This document shows, piece by piece, positions 47,560 to 60,078 of a stretch of 64,000 nucleotides of DNA. The position numbers and the translations under genes were made by a program. The stretch spans positions 20,022 to 84,021 of the forward strand of contig CACYHL010000001.1 in NCBI GenBank assembly GCA_902774205.1, written 5' to 3'. Below the pieces are notes generated by a model. That model worked only from the letters and a program-made list of their open reading frames with translations. It had not been told where the DNA came from and did not search any database. This DNA is from an uncultured Bacteroidota bacterium. GTDB lineage: Bacteria > Bacteroidota > Bacteroidia > Bacteroidales > WCHB1-69. Each line of letters starts with the position of its first letter. The first letter of the stretch is position 1.

Positions 47560-47859
47560 ATGGCGGAAAACGAAAGGATAAGGATAAAGTTGGAAGTGGC
47601 GCAAAGACATTATGACGTGGAAATAGCCAGGGCGACGGAGGTGTATTACAGAAAAGCCGAAAAGATAATCAATGACAAGATTCTGCAATTTTCTAAGCAG
47701 TGGACTTACAACGACCACCAAGATATTTTAGCGAAAGTGCTTATTGATTTTGTTGTGAAATGGATAGAAAACGAGGAGAGGCTCAATGAGTTCGATGAAG
47801 AGCTTATACCGAAAATGGAAGAGTTGAAAGCTCTGACAGATTTTGTTGACATTGATTAA
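47560..47859 (+). CDS. zapA: cell division protein ZapA-like
   Basis: 99 aa. The layout RIRIKLEVAQRHYDVEI...YYRKAEKIINDKI...DHQDILAKVLIDF follows the Bacteroidetes ZapA pattern as I remember it. Confidence 0.5.
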   Translation: MAENERIRIKLEVAQRHYDVEIARATEVYYRKAEKIINDKILQFSKQWTYNDHQDILAKVLIDFVVKWIENEERLNEFDEELIPKMEELKALTDFVDID

Positions 47860-47884
47860 AGACGTTCTTTGAAAAATAAACCAT

Positions 47885-48082
47885 ATCCCGCATAAATTCA
47901 ATACGTTTGTTAAACTCAACACATAACAAACGAAGGATAGGCTCATACGTTTTTAGAAAAGGCCTGATTGCCGCAAGGCAAGGTGTAAAAACCCGTGGAA
48001 TTTCGAGAAGCGTGGCTCCTTCATCGTACAAATAATGGAGTTTAATAAGACCATTATGAAAATTTTATGCGGGATTTTTTTT
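47885..48082 (+). ncRNA. ssrS: candidate 6S-like structured RNA (~190-200 nt rod with internal loop and U-tract end)
   Basis: ATCCCGCATAAA (47885-47896) pairs with TTTATGCGGGAT (48064-48075), followed by T7-G-T5. Further helices: 47906-47917 with 48038-48049, GAAGGA (47932-47937) with TCCTTC (48017-48022), and 47947-47954 with 47987-47996. There is also a TTGCC-GCAA-GGCAA tetraloop hairpin at 47969-47981. An asymmetric 14/15-nt internal loop separates the helices. The region has no credible ORF. Confidence 0.45.
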
Positions 48083-48139
48083 GTTTTTGTCGAAAATGAA
48101 ACAACATAACACAATATATATAACATTAAAATAAAAATT

Positions 48140-49702
48140 ATGGAGATAATATTTGGAATAATCGGACTATTATTGGGCGTTGGCGCAGGTATTGCGCTGG
48201 CACACACACTGCTAAAAAATTCAATAACAAAAAATGCTAACGCAATCGAAGAAAAAGCCAAAGAGACCTTGAAAAAAGCCGAAGAAGACGGCGAAAGGCT
48301 GAAAAAAGACAAACTTTTACAGGCAAAAGAGAAATTTCTCCAGCTTAAAAGCGAGCATGAGAAAATGGTGAATGAGAAAAACCAGCAGATTGCCAATGCG
48401 GAAAACAGAATCAAGCAAAAAGAAGGCACACTTAACCAGAAAACCGAGGAACTGAACCGCAAAAACGCTGAAATCAACACAATGAAGGAAAACCTCACAA
48501 AACAACTTGAGGTGAACAAGCAAAAAGCTGCGGAACTCGACAAAAAAACAGCGGAACAGAAGACAAAACTTGAATCTATTGCGGAACTCACCTCACAACA
48601 GGCAAAAGAACAACTCATCGAACTGATGAAAGACGAAGCCAAAGCCGAGGCGATGGTCTATGTGAAAGACATTATGGACGAAGCCGAAGCCAATGCAAAC
48701 GCTGAAGCCAAGAAATTGGTTATCAAGGCAATACAGCGCACAGGCGTTGAAGTGGCGATGGAAAACACAGTGTCGGTCTTCAACATTGAGAATGACGAGA
48801 TAAAGGGTAGGATCATCGGGCGTGAGGGACGTAACATCAGAACCCTTGAAAACCTCACCGGCGTTGACGTCATCATTGACGACTCCCCTGACGCTATTCT
48901 CCTCTCAAGTTTCGACCCCGTTCGCCGCGAAGTCGCACGCTTGTCATTGCAGAAACTTGTCTCTGACGGCCGTATTCACCCCGCAAGAATTGAGGAAGTG
49001 GTTGCGAAGACAAAACGCCAAATAGAGCAGGAAATCGCCGAAATCGGAAAACGCACCTGCATTGACCTCGGTGTTCACAATATGCACCACGACCTTATGC
49101 GTCTCATCGGCAAAATGCGCTACCGCTCATCATACGGGCAGAACCTGCTCCAGCACTCCAAGGAGGTTGCAAACCTTTGCGCAACGATGGCTGCCGAACT
49201 CGGGCTGAACGCGAAATTGGCGAAACGCGCCGGATTGTTACACGACATCGGCAAAGTGCCTGACAACGAGCCAGAGTTGCCGCACGCACTTTACGGAGCA
49301 CAGCTCGCTGAACAGTACAAGGAACGCCCCGAGATAGTAAACGCCATTGGCGCGCACCATGACGAAATGGAGATGGACAACCTTATCGCTCCGTTAGTCC
49401 AGGTGTGCGACGCAATTTCCGGTGCGCGCCCGGGAGCCCGCCGCGAAGTGGTTGAAGCCTATATGAAACGCCTCAACGACCTTGAAAATATCGCCTTGAC
49501 ATATCCGGGTGTTGTGAAAACTTATGCTATCCAAGCAGGCCGCGAACTGCGTGTCATTGTCGGTGCCGAAAAGGTCTCTGACGAGCAGGCCGCACAGATT
49601 TCGTTCGACCTTTCAAAGAAAATCCAGAATGAGATGACCTACCCGGGACAGATAAAGATAACTGTCATCCGCGAGATCAGGTCTATCAATTTTGCGAGAT
49701 AA
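48140..49702 (+). CDS. rny: ribonuclease Y
   Basis: N-terminal TM helix, long K/E coiled coil, KH domain ([12 protein letters not shown]) and HD domain (LLHDIGK, GAHHDE). Confidence 0.95.
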   Translation: MEIIFGIIGLLLGVGAGIALAHTLLKNSITKNANAIEEKAKETLKKAEEDGERLKKDKLLQAKEKFLQLKSEHEKMVNEKNQQIANAENRIKQKEGTLNQKTEELNRKNAEINTMKENLTKQLEVNKQKAAELDKKTAEQKTKLESIAELTSQQAKEQLIELMKDEAKAEAMVYVKDIMDEAEANANAEAKKLVIKAIQRTGVEVAMENTVSVFNIENDEIKGRIIGREGRNIRTLENLTGVDVIIDDSPDAILLSSFDPVRREVARLSLQKLVSDGRIHPARIEEVVAKTKRQIEQEIAEIGKRTCIDLGVHNMHHDLMRLIGKMRYRSSYGQNLLQHSKEVANLCATMAAELGLNAKLAKRAGLLHDIGKVPDNEPELPHALYGAQLAEQYKERPEIVNAIGAHHDEMEMDNLIAPLVQVCDAISGARPGARREVVEAYMKRLNDLENIALTYPGVVKTYAIQAGRELRVIVGAEKVSDEQAAQISFDLSKKIQNEMTYPGQIKITVIREIRSINFAR

Positions 49703-49720
49703 TAACGAACCCACAATACT

Positions 49721-49767
49721 ACTGCACATATCCGCAAACCGCTGGGTATGTGCAGTTTCTTTTTTTC
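49721..49767 (+). terminator. rho-independent terminator after rny
   Basis: ACTGCACATA-16 nt loop-TATGTGCAGT followed by TTCTTTTTTT. Confidence 0.7.
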
Positions 49768-49827
49768 TAACGCCAACCAACTTAACGCAAATATGAACTG
49801 AAAATAATCCCATTTACATTGTTTTTG

Positions 49828-49835
49828 TATATTTG
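49828..49835 (+). promoter_or_regulatory. -7 box TATATTTG for trxB
   Basis: TAnnTTTG 25 nt upstream of the ATG at 49860. Confidence 0.5.
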
Positions 49836-49859
49836 CAAGATTAAAATCTTTTTGACAAA

Positions 49860-50798
49860 ATGGAAAACACAAAATGTCTCATTATCGGCTCCGGGCCCGC
49901 TGGCTACACTGCTGGAATATACGCTTCACGCGCCAACCTCTCCCCTATCCTCATCGAAGGGATTACCCCCGGCGGCCAACTGACAATAACCAACGAAGTT
50001 GAGAATTTCCCCGGCTACCCTGAAGGCAAGGCTGGTCCGGAAATCATGGACGACCTCCGCCGACAAGCTCTCCGCATGGGCACCGACATTCGCCAAGGGC
50101 TCGTCGTGACAGCTGATTTTTCGGCGCGACCGTTCCATTGCAAAACCGATAATGGGAACGAAATCGTTGCTGAAACTGTGATTGTCGCCACTGGCGCGAC
50201 CGCCCGCTGGCTCGGATTGGAGTCGGAAACGGAGTACCGCGGCTTCGGCGTGTCAGCATGCGCCACCTGCGACGGCTTCTTTTTCAGAGGTAAGACCGTT
50301 GCCGTAATAGGCGGCGGCGACACAGCTCTCGAAGATGCGCTTTATCTTTCCACTTTGTGCAAAAAAGTCTATTTGGTACACCGCCGCGACCAGCTCCGCG
50401 CCTCACAGGCAATGCAGAAAAAGGTGTTCGCAACCGAAAATATAGAAATCGTTTGGAACTCGGTGCCCGCTGAAATCGTCGGCGAGAAACAGGATTTTAT
50501 GAAGCATGTTACTGGTATTAAACTTCGTAACACACAGAACGACAATATTATACAGCTGCAAGTTGACGGCGTTTTCGTGGCTATCGGCCACACACCAGTA
50601 ACAGAACTTTTCAAAGGTCAGCTTACTCTTGATGAGCAGGGTTATATCGTTACAAAAGCGGGCAGCACGCACACATCTGTGGACGGTGTTTTCGCCGCCG
50701 GTGACGTGCAGGACACAAAGTACCGCCAAGCCATCACCGCAGCGGCCTCAGGGTGCATGGCTGCAATTGACGCCGAGCGTTTCCTGAAAGGCGAATAA
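49860..50798 (+). CDS. trxB: thioredoxin-disulfide reductase
   Basis: GSGPAGYTAG FAD site, CATCDG redox centre and GGGDTALEDA NADPH site. Confidence 0.95.
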   Translation: MENTKCLIIGSGPAGYTAGIYASRANLSPILIEGITPGGQLTITNEVENFPGYPEGKAGPEIMDDLRRQALRMGTDIRQGLVVTADFSARPFHCKTDNGNEIVAETVIVATGATARWLGLESETEYRGFGVSACATCDGFFFRGKTVAVIGGGDTALEDALYLSTLCKKVYLVHRRDQLRASQAMQKKVFATENIEIVWNSVPAEIVGEKQDFMKHVTGIKLRNTQNDNIIQLQVDGVFVAIGHTPVTELFKGQLTLDEQGYIVTKAGSTHTSVDGVFAAGDVQDTKYRQAITAAASGCMAAIDAERFLKGE

Positions 50799-50821
50799 TC
50801 ATCAATTCTAATCTATTTTTT

Positions 50822-51367
50822 ATGAAAGACTATTTTTTCTTGGGAACTATAAACAAACTTCACGGCTACAAAGGCGAGCTTCTCGCTTATCTCGACACTG
50901 ACGAACCTCAAAAATATGCCGAATTGGAATCTGTCTTCATTGATAATGATGGGGAACTTATCCCTTATATTATTGAGAATCTGCGTTTTAAAGATGAAAA
51001 TAATATTATTTTGAAATTGTCTGGAGTTGATGCTGATGAGGCGAAATATCTTGTGAAATCTTCCATGTATCTGCCGCTTTCAATGCTTCCGCCACTCACG
51101 GGAAACAATTTCTATTATCATGAGGTTGTCGGCTTCGAAGTTATTGATAACCAACGCGGTAACATCGGAAAATGCACAGGGTTTCTTGAAACTGGGAAAC
51201 AGGCTGTGATGCAAATTGACCTCAACGGAACTGAAATTCTGCTCCCTGCTGTAGATGATTTCTTTGAATCGGTTGACAGAGAGAACAAAATATTGAAAAT
51301 TTCTGCTCCTGAAGGATTAATAGATTTGTATCTTTCTAATAATGAAGAAGATAACTCAGACCAATAA
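50822..51367 (+). CDS. rimM: ribosome maturation factor RimM
   Basis: 181 aa. LGTINKLHGYKGEL N-terminal barrel and a PRC-barrel-like C-terminus. Confidence 0.7.
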   Translation: MKDYFFLGTINKLHGYKGELLAYLDTDEPQKYAELESVFIDNDGELIPYIIENLRFKDENNIILKLSGVDADEAKYLVKSSMYLPLSMLPPLTGNNFYYHEVVGFEVIDNQRGNIGKCTGFLETGKQAVMQIDLNGTEILLPAVDDFFESVDRENKILKISAPEGLIDLYLSNNEEDNSDQ

Positions 51368-51373
51368 TTTTAA

Positions 51374-53428
<2,055 letters not shown>

Positions 53429-53456
53429 AATGTTTATAAGAAACACATTATAATAT

Positions 53457-54809
53457 ATGTCAACAGAAAACAATCTACTTTCAAAAAAAGGTTTCACCTC
53501 CAATTTGGGAGCAATAATGGCGGCGGCTGGCGGCTCAATCGGCTTGGGCAACATCTGGCGATTCCCATACACAGTCGGTGCGAACGGCGGCGGCGCGTTC
53601 ATCATCGTTTACCTGATTTTCGTGGTGCTGCTTGGTGTGCCGTTGGTTATGAGCGAGCTCATGCTTGGCCGCCGCTCCGGCAAAAACGCGGTCGGCACTT
53701 TCCGCGCCCTCGCCCCCAAACACCGTTCTTGGCAACTCGTGGGACTTATCGGCATTCTCGCCGCATTCCTCATATATTCCTTTTACAGTGTCGTTTTCGG
53801 CTGGACACTCAACTTCACAGGACAGGCATTCACAGGCAGCATTCTCAATCAAGATGAGGCGCAGATTTTCGCATTTTTCGCCCATCCATATTTCCCGTTG
53901 ATAGGCCTTGCGGTCGCGTTGTCGCTCACCGCAGCGGTTGTTGTCGCGGGAGTGCAGAAAGGCATCGAGAAATGCACAAAAATACTTATGCCCGTGCTAT
54001 TTGTAATCATTCTCCTGCTCTGTCTCCGCGCCGTCACGCTGCCTGACGCCTCAAAAGGTCTCTCATTCATCTTTAAACCCGACTTCAGCAAACTGACGAG
54101 CAAAGCCATTTTGAACGCGCTCGGACAGTCAATGTTCTCACTCAGTATCGGCATGTGCGCGCTCATCACCTACGGCTCGTACATACGCAAAGAAGACAAT
54201 CTTTTCGCTTCGAGTTTGTGGATTGCCGGCGCCGACACCGCCATCGCAATTCTTGCGGGTATCGCAATCTTCCCTGCCGTTTTCTCTTTCGGGTTCAGTC
54301 CCGCCGAAGGGCCAAGTCTCGTCTATGTGGTTCTGCCAAAGGTATTTAACTCAATGCCTTTCGGACATTTCTTCTCAATTTTGTTTTTTCTTCTCCTTTC
54401 AATCGCCGCACTCACATCAACAATACTTCTTCTCGAAATCCTTGTTATGTGGGCTGTTGAGGAGTTAAAAATGAAACGCTGGGTGGCGACAATCGCTGTC
54501 TCCACCGTCATTTTCATAATCGGAGCGCTCTGCTCGCTATCTTTCGGTCCTTTAAAGGAATACACAATTTTCGGCGACACACTTTTCGATTTCTTCGACA
54601 AACTGACAGCAACCTACATGATGCCTTTCGGCGCATTGTGCATTTCGCTCTTTATCGGCTGGTATTATCCTAAAAATGAGATAATTGACGAATTTTCAAA
54701 TAAAGGTACAATTAAAACCGGCTATCTCAAAATTTTCTATTTTCTTATGCGTTATATTGTTCCTGTCGCACTTCTGATTGTTTTGCTGACAGGGATTTTA
54801 GGACTTTGA
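53457..54809 (+). CDS. sodium-dependent (SNF-family) transporter
   Basis: GLGNIWRFPY signature and ~11-12 hydrophobic helices. Confidence 0.85.
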   Translation: MSTENNLLSKKGFTSNLGAIMAAAGGSIGLGNIWRFPYTVGANGGGAFIIVYLIFVVLLGVPLVMSELMLGRRSGKNAVGTFRALAPKHRSWQLVGLIGILAAFLIYSFYSVVFGWTLNFTGQAFTGSILNQDEAQIFAFFAHPYFPLIGLAVALSLTAAVVVAGVQKGIEKCTKILMPVLFVIILLLCLRAVTLPDASKGLSFIFKPDFSKLTSKAILNALGQSMFSLSIGMCALITYGSYIRKEDNLFASSLWIAGADTAIAILAGIAIFPAVFSFGFSPAEGPSLVYVVLPKVFNSMPFGHFFSILFFLLLSIAALTSTILLLEILVMWAVEELKMKRWVATIAVSTVIFIIGALCSLSFGPLKEYTIFGDTLFDFFDKLTATYMMPFGALCISLFIGWYYPKNEIIDEFSNKGTIKTGYLKIFYFLMRYIVPVALLIVLLTGILGL

Positions 54810-54823
54810 TTTTTTGCAATGTT

Positions 54824-55882
54824 ATGAAAAAGAGAACGTTAATAACAATTATTGTATGTTTGGCAGCACTTTTGGCAGGTGTGGTTTTCTATTTTTTGAA
54901 ACGTGAGCCGGAAAAGAGAAAATACAAGGTCAAAAAAACAGAATTGGTGACGTTGAAGAAAAATATTGAAGTAAAAATTCATCGCTATACCACTGATTTA
55001 TACGCACTTGACACTGCTGATTTGGCTTCAGGGGTGAAAAAACTTTCGGAAATCTATCCTGAATATCTGATTCGGAAAGATGTTTGGAAAGACGAGATGA
55101 TGATGAAGTCGCTAAAGGACTATCTCACCGACCCTCTGATGCGCGAAATCTACGATGACGTCCTCAATGTCTTCCCGAATCTTGATGAGCAGGAAGCTGA
55201 ACTTACAGAAGCGCTGAGCTATTACAAACATTATTTCCCTAATGCGGAAATTCCTGATTTTTACGCACTTGTACCCGGCCTCGATTTCGAAATGCCATCT
55301 GTTTTTGCTTACGATAACAATATTTACATCTATCTTGACCAATATTTGGGTACCGATAACAAAAAATATCAGCAGATTGCGATTCCAATCTATGTCCGCG
55401 AGCGTTGCGACAAAAAGTATCTTGCTATAGATTGTTTCAAAAAAGCATTGGTTTACAAGTATTTACCAGAAAAGACTTTAGTTACTTTGCTTGATAATAT
55501 GATTTATGAGGGTAAAAAACTATATTTTACGGAATTGATGTTCCCGAATCGTACTGAAAATGATATTATAGGTTATAGTCAGGATAAATATTCATGGGCA
55601 GAGCAATATCAGCCAGAAATTTGGAACTATCTGATAGAAAAGCAGTTATTGTTTTCAAAAGATTCAGATTCCAAACGAAAATTCATTGAGGAGGCCCCTT
55701 TCACAAAACCGTTCTCAAATGTTTCGCCAGGGCGTATCGGCACATTTATCGGCTGGAAAATAGTTCAGGGATATATGGAAAATAATCCTGACATTTCTCT
55801 TGATGAAATGTTGCAAAATACTGATAGTCAAGAAATTCTAACAAAATCAAATTACAAGCCACTCAAAACAAAACACCTATAG
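54824..55882 (+). CDS. gldB: GldB-like gliding-motility/T9SS-associated lipoprotein
   Basis: The ORF-track start at 54806 is TTG; the ATG at 54824 gives MKKRTLITIIVC (lipobox-like). The C-terminal SPGRIGTFIGWKIVQGYMENN...SNYKP block matches my memory of GldB. Confidence 0.55.
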   Translation: MKKRTLITIIVCLAALLAGVVFYFLKREPEKRKYKVKKTELVTLKKNIEVKIHRYTTDLYALDTADLASGVKKLSEIYPEYLIRKDVWKDEMMMKSLKDYLTDPLMREIYDDVLNVFPNLDEQEAELTEALSYYKHYFPNAEIPDFYALVPGLDFEMPSVFAYDNNIYIYLDQYLGTDNKKYQQIAIPIYVRERCDKKYLAIDCFKKALVYKYLPEKTLVTLLDNMIYEGKKLYFTELMFPNRTENDIIGYSQDKYSWAEQYQPEIWNYLIEKQLLFSKDSDSKRKFIEEAPFTKPFSNVSPGRIGTFIGWKIVQGYMENNPDISLDEMLQNTDSQEILTKSNYKPLKTKHL

Positions 55883-55938
55883 TTAAATTTTCTTTAAAAA
55901 AATTTTAATAAAGTGTTGATTTTTTAAAATAAATGTTG

Positions 55939-55946
55939 TATCTTTG
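55939..55946 (+). promoter_or_regulatory. -7 box TATCTTTG for ssb
   Basis: TAnnTTTG 26 nt upstream of the ATG at 55972. Confidence 0.5.
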
Positions 55947-55971
55947 TAGCGAATTTTAAAAACAAAAAAAT

Positions 55972-56433
55972 ATGGCAGGAATAAACAAAGTGATTTTAAT
56001 CGGGAATTTAGGAAGAGACCCGGAAGTACGGACATTTGAAAACGGAACGAAGAAGGCGAATTTCACCTTAGCGACTTCTGAGAACTACAAAGACAAGGAA
56101 GGAAAGATTGTGGAGCAGACCGAATGGCACAACATCGTCTGCTGGCGCAATTTGGCTGACATTGCGGAGAAGTATCTCACGAAGGGCAAGCAGATTTACC
56201 TTGAGGGCAAGTTGCGTACCCGCTCATGGGAAGACAACGGCACAAAGAAGTACATCACAGAGATTGAGGCCTCGACTTTCACGATGTTAGGGACGAAAAC
56301 CGACAACAATGTCGCAAACCGCGTGCCTAACGGCGGGGAGGCGCAGCGAGTGGAATCAGCGGTGGAGGCGGTTATGGCTGCACAACCGCAACCCGAAGCC
56401 GACATGGACAACGTTGACGATTTGCCGTTCTAA
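55972..56433 (+). CDS. ssb: single-stranded DNA-binding protein
   Basis: INKVILIGNLGRDPEV OB fold and the acidic tip DDLPF. Confidence 0.95.
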   Translation: MAGINKVILIGNLGRDPEVRTFENGTKKANFTLATSENYKDKEGKIVEQTEWHNIVCWRNLADIAEKYLTKGKQIYLEGKLRTRSWEDNGTKKYITEIEASTFTMLGTKTDNNVANRVPNGGEAQRVESAVEAVMAAQPQPEADMDNVDDLPF

Positions 56434-56523
56434 TCATTGGGGGTCAAAACTTTACTGGATTTTGTCGCGCAGTCTTCCGTGGCAACCGCCGCGACTGCGT
56501 GGCACAAATCCTCTTGAACGGAC

Positions 56524-56889
56524 ATGTCAGGCGATATCCACAACTTGGGCAAGAGCGGTGAAGAAATTGCCGCCGACCATTACATCAAGCTGAAATACAA
56601 CATCTTGGAAAAGAATTGGCATTTCGGACATCTTGAGGTTGATATTATTGCCGAAAATGCTGACACTGTCGTCTTCTGCGAAGTTAAGACGCGCTCGTCA
56701 AACACTTTTGGGGAACCGGAAACTTTTGTCACAATGCAAAAGCAGAAAAACATAATAAAAGCAGCAAACAATTATATTCTGCGAAAAGGAATAAACAAAG
56801 ATGTTCGGTTTGATGTCATCTCAATAGTGAAAAACGGCGACAACTGCGCACTAAACCACATTCCGGACGCTTTCACCCCAAAATGGTAG
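56524..56889 (+). CDS. yraN: YraN-family (UPF0102) endonuclease-like protein
   Basis: GEEIAADHYIKLKYNILEKNWHFGHLEVDIIAE...VVFCEVKTR pattern; 121 aa. Confidence 0.75.
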   Translation: MSGDIHNLGKSGEEIAADHYIKLKYNILEKNWHFGHLEVDIIAENADTVVFCEVKTRSSNTFGEPETFVTMQKQKNIIKAANNYILRKGINKDVRFDVISIVKNGDNCALNHIPDAFTPKW

Positions 56890-56905
56890 TTCAAAAATTG
56901 GCTTT

Positions 56906-58042
56906 ATGAGTAGAATCTACGTTCATTTCCCGTTCTGCAAAAGAAAGTGCATCTACTGCAACTTCTATTCCGTCAGCAGAGAGGACTTGAAAAGCCAGTA
57001 TCTTGAGGCGTTGTCGCACGAAATTGAGCTGCGGGCGGACGAACTGCGCGGCGCCACCGTTGAAACGCTCTATTTTGGCGGCGGTACCCCTTCGCTATGC
57101 ACCATAGACGAGTTGGTAGCGGTCGCGCAAAAGTTGCGCTCAGCGTTCATTTTTGCCCCAGAACCGGAATTTACCGTTGAAGCCAACCCAGAACAGCTTA
57201 CGACCAGCTATCTGCGCGGATTACGAAAAATAGGCGTCAACCGGCTTAGTATTGGCGTACAGTCTTTTGACGATGAAATACTTGCAATGCTTGGGCGCAC
57301 ACATAGCGCAGCAACCGCAAAAGCTGCTCTTGAAAACGCTTTCGCCACCGGCTTCGACAACGTATCCATAGACCTGATCTACGGCATTGCAGCGCGACAG
57401 CCAGGCCAGTGGCGGCAGGAACTCAAAGAGGCGTTCTCGCACCCGATAACACACTTGTCTGCGTACTCGCTAACTGTTGAGGAGAACACGCTGCTGCACA
57501 GGAAAATCAGAAACGGAGCACTGCCGCCGCTAAACGAAGATTGCGCCGTGGACGACTACTGGACTTTAATATATGAAGCTGGAAATCACAGTTTCGAGCA
57601 ATACGAAATATCAAATTTTGCGCGAGACGGGAAAATCTCACGACACAACTCCGCATATTGGGCGCACACGCCATATCTTGGGCTCGGAGCGGCGGCGCAC
57701 TCCTTCAACGGCACTGAACGGAGCTGGAACGCCGCTGACGTGAACCGCTACATACAAGGGTGTGCAGCTGGCGCGCCGCCGCGGGAATCGGAAACGCTCA
57801 CCCTGCGGGAACTCTTCAACGAGTACATATTGCTAAGGCTTCGCACCAGCGCCGGTATCCGCTTCAATGACCTGCAACAGCGATTCGGAGCAGAGAGACG
57901 GAAAAAAACGGAGAAACACCTCATCAAATTGCCCACTACCTTCTATATCTCTGACGGTGAACACATTGTACTCACCGCTGAAGGTCGCCTGCACGCCGAC
58001 AACATCGCCATGGAACTGTTTGAGACGGGAGATGAAAAATAG
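56906..58042 (+). CDS. hemW: radical-SAM heme chaperone HemW (oxygen-independent coproporphyrinogen oxidase-like)
   Basis: CKRKCIYCNF CxxxCxxC cluster motif; 378 aa with a HemN_C-like tail. Confidence 0.85.
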   Translation: MSRIYVHFPFCKRKCIYCNFYSVSREDLKSQYLEALSHEIELRADELRGATVETLYFGGGTPSLCTIDELVAVAQKLRSAFIFAPEPEFTVEANPEQLTTSYLRGLRKIGVNRLSIGVQSFDDEILAMLGRTHSAATAKAALENAFATGFDNVSIDLIYGIAARQPGQWRQELKEAFSHPITHLSAYSLTVEENTLLHRKIRNGALPPLNEDCAVDDYWTLIYEAGNHSFEQYEISNFARDGKISRHNSAYWAHTPYLGLGAAAHSFNGTERSWNAADVNRYIQGCAAGAPPRESETLTLRELFNEYILLRLRTSAGIRFNDLQQRFGAERRKKTEKHLIKLPTTFYISDGEHIVLTAEGRLHADNIAMELFETGDEK

Positions 58043-58086
58043 AAATCACTTGATTATCTGTTATCTGTTTCTAACTTCCGTTAAAG

Positions 58087-58713
58087 TTATTTGAAGCTAA
58101 GCAAATGAAACTTTAACGCCGCGCTTAACCCTATAACCGGTGTGATGAAATAATCGTATTTTTTTACAGGAATTTTAGCGTATGGAGTGACAACAACTGA
58201 ACAATTCCTGTGAAATTGATAATGGAAACCCGCGCTAACAAGAAACTCGAAACATGCCTTTGCCTCATTGTAATCCGACAGTTGGTAGCAGCCACCCGGA
58301 GAACACACAACCGGAGAGGTTCCTAACGGCTTCGCAAGTATTTCAAAAAAACCGCCCACTCCCACCGACAACTTGTATCTGTCAGTTTTTACAGGGAACT
58401 GTAACTCTATGATAACTGGAACATTACAATATAGGGCATGAAAATCAATATATTCGTTCAGAAGATTATCCTCGAATGTAACACCTGATTTGAAGGCTAT
58501 CAAACATTTGTTCTGTTTGAACTCAGCGCCGAATAAAAGACCTGTCTCATATCTAAAACGCTGGTTCATGGGATATTTGTTTTGTGCCACGACTCGGCAA
58601 GCGCCAAACATAGAAATAGTCGGGACACAAATATGCCCTGAATCCGTCAATGATTGCGCATTAATATCAACGAAAAAGGTGAATAACAAAAGAAGAAACA
58701 ATGTTCTCCTCAT
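58087..58713 (-). CDS. small outer-membrane beta-barrel protein (PorT/OmpA-barrel-like)
   Basis: The start is taken at the ATG at 58713 (MRRTLFLLLLFTFFVDINAQ signal peptide). Alternating beta pattern. Confidence 0.4.
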   Translation of the reverse strand: MRRTLFLLLLFTFFVDINAQSLTDSGHICVPTISMFGACRVVAQNKYPMNQRFRYETGLLFGAEFKQNKCLIAFKSGVTFEDNLLNEYIDFHALYCNVPVIIELQFPVKTDRYKLSVGVGGFFEILAKPLGTSPVVCSPGGCYQLSDYNEAKACFEFLVSAGFHYQFHRNCSVVVTPYAKIPVKKYDYFITPVIGLSAALKFHLLSFK

Positions 58714-58782
58714 CGCCAAAATTTTTACATCGCAAATATAATAAAAATACTTGAACGCCAAACAATAAATAATGGGCTGCCC

Positions 58783-60066
58783 CTATTTCACCACTTTCTT
58801 TACCACAGTTTTATTCTCATCATTGCTGATTCTTATAACATATATTCCTCTTGAAAAAGGAAAATTTATCTCAATATTTTGTTTATTATCAATAATTTGT
58901 GATAAAGATGAGATAAATCTGCCGTCAATGGTGAACAACTCTATGCGATAAAGTTCCGGTTGCTGGCTGTAAATGGAGAGTTGCAGTTTGTCGTTAATTA
59001 CCGGATTCACAACGCTTACCGGAAACGGCTCCCGTGCTTCGCCGATGCCTACCGCCGAACCGGCAACCTCAAGTTCCATGGTTACGGGCAGATGGTCTGA
59101 GTTGTTGTACAGTGCGTTAAGAACTTTCTCGGGAACACCGCTGGTGTTGGCAGGCACGAGCAGCCCTTTGTTGAGCCTATTCCCATCTTGTCCGACAGTT
59201 GTGTATGTCTCATTTAGCGACCTCACGCCGTTCTGACCGTAATAGACTTGCGGCGAGACAAGTATCATGTCGTAACGGTTGTCAAAACCCCCACCGCTGA
59301 AACACGGGTCTGACTCATAACCAGAATGTGTTGACTGTGTGTGATATAACGCATAAACCGGATTGTCGTGCCAATCTCCCACTTGGTCAATCGGGTCGAT
59401 GAAGTTATGGTCGCCGTTGTCAATCAGCAGCTGGAAAGCGTATTCCAAGTCATTACTGATATTGAAATCCCCAGACAAAATGAAATTCTCATTCCGTCCG
59501 CTTTGTCGCAACTGATGCAGAAAAGTCTGCACTTGCTCAGTGCGTGAATCTTGATTTTCTTCGTAACTTCCTGCTTTTAAATGTGTTACGATAAACGTAA
59601 TGAACGTAGTATCACCTGATGAAAGTTCCGCTGTATTGCAGAAAAATCTGTAACAATTAAAATATGTGAGTCCTGTCGGGAAATAGTAACTCTCAACCCA
59701 AGTCAGTTTGCGCGAATCGTAAAACATTCTGTTCCCGATAGTTATGCCGGTATTATTTGAAGTTGTCGGGCAAAATCGGTAGTAGTCAACACCATCAACA
59801 TTCAATGTGTTTACCAGAAGATGGTTGGCATAAACATCAGTTTTTCCAATCTCATTCACACCAATGACATCCGCTTTCACATACTTGAAAATCTCTTTAA
59901 GACAAGAGTCTTTTTTCTTGAGAGAATTTGAGTATTCGTCGCATCCTTCGGGGGCGTTGTCGGTATAGTACATCAGATTGTACTGCATCATCTTTATCGT
60001 GTCAGCCGCGGCAATGCCCGTTGTAGCCGACAGCAGCACGATGAGCAGGAACCTCACAATTTTCAT
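58783..60066 (-). CDS. secreted endonuclease/exonuclease/phosphatase-family protein with T9SS C-terminal sorting domain
   Basis: Signal peptide, then EEP blocks (MQYNLMYY, VIGVNEI, SGDFN, SDHLPV). The last ~80 aa (YRIELFTIDGRFI...GIYVIRISNDENKTVVKKVVK) form a T9SS CTD. Confidence 0.7.
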   Translation of the reverse strand: MKIVRFLLIVLLSATTGIAAADTIKMMQYNLMYYTDNAPEGCDEYSNSLKKKDSCLKEIFKYVKADVIGVNEIGKTDVYANHLLVNTLNVDGVDYYRFCPTTSNNTGITIGNRMFYDSRKLTWVESYYFPTGLTYFNCYRFFCNTAELSSGDTTFITFIVTHLKAGSYEENQDSRTEQVQTFLHQLRQSGRNENFILSGDFNISNDLEYAFQLLIDNGDHNFIDPIDQVGDWHDNPVYALYHTQSTHSGYESDPCFSGGGFDNRYDMILVSPQVYYGQNGVRSLNETYTTVGQDGNRLNKGLLVPANTSGVPEKVLNALYNNSDHLPVTMELEVAGSAVGIGEAREPFPVSVVNPVINDKLQLSIYSQQPELYRIELFTIDGRFISSLSQIIDNKQNIEINFPFSRGIYVIRISNDENKTVVKKVVK

Positions 60067-60078
60067 TGCCTGAAGATT

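Noticed and set aside
46041-48642. Minus-strand ORFs 46041-46589, 46848-47552 and 47953-48642 (182-234 aa, S/F/L-rich low complexity)
   Set aside because: They mirror the murF, coiled-coil and rny K/E-rich coding regions (AAG/GAA codons read as CTT/TTC). One spans intergenic space that is better explained by the structured-RNA candidate.
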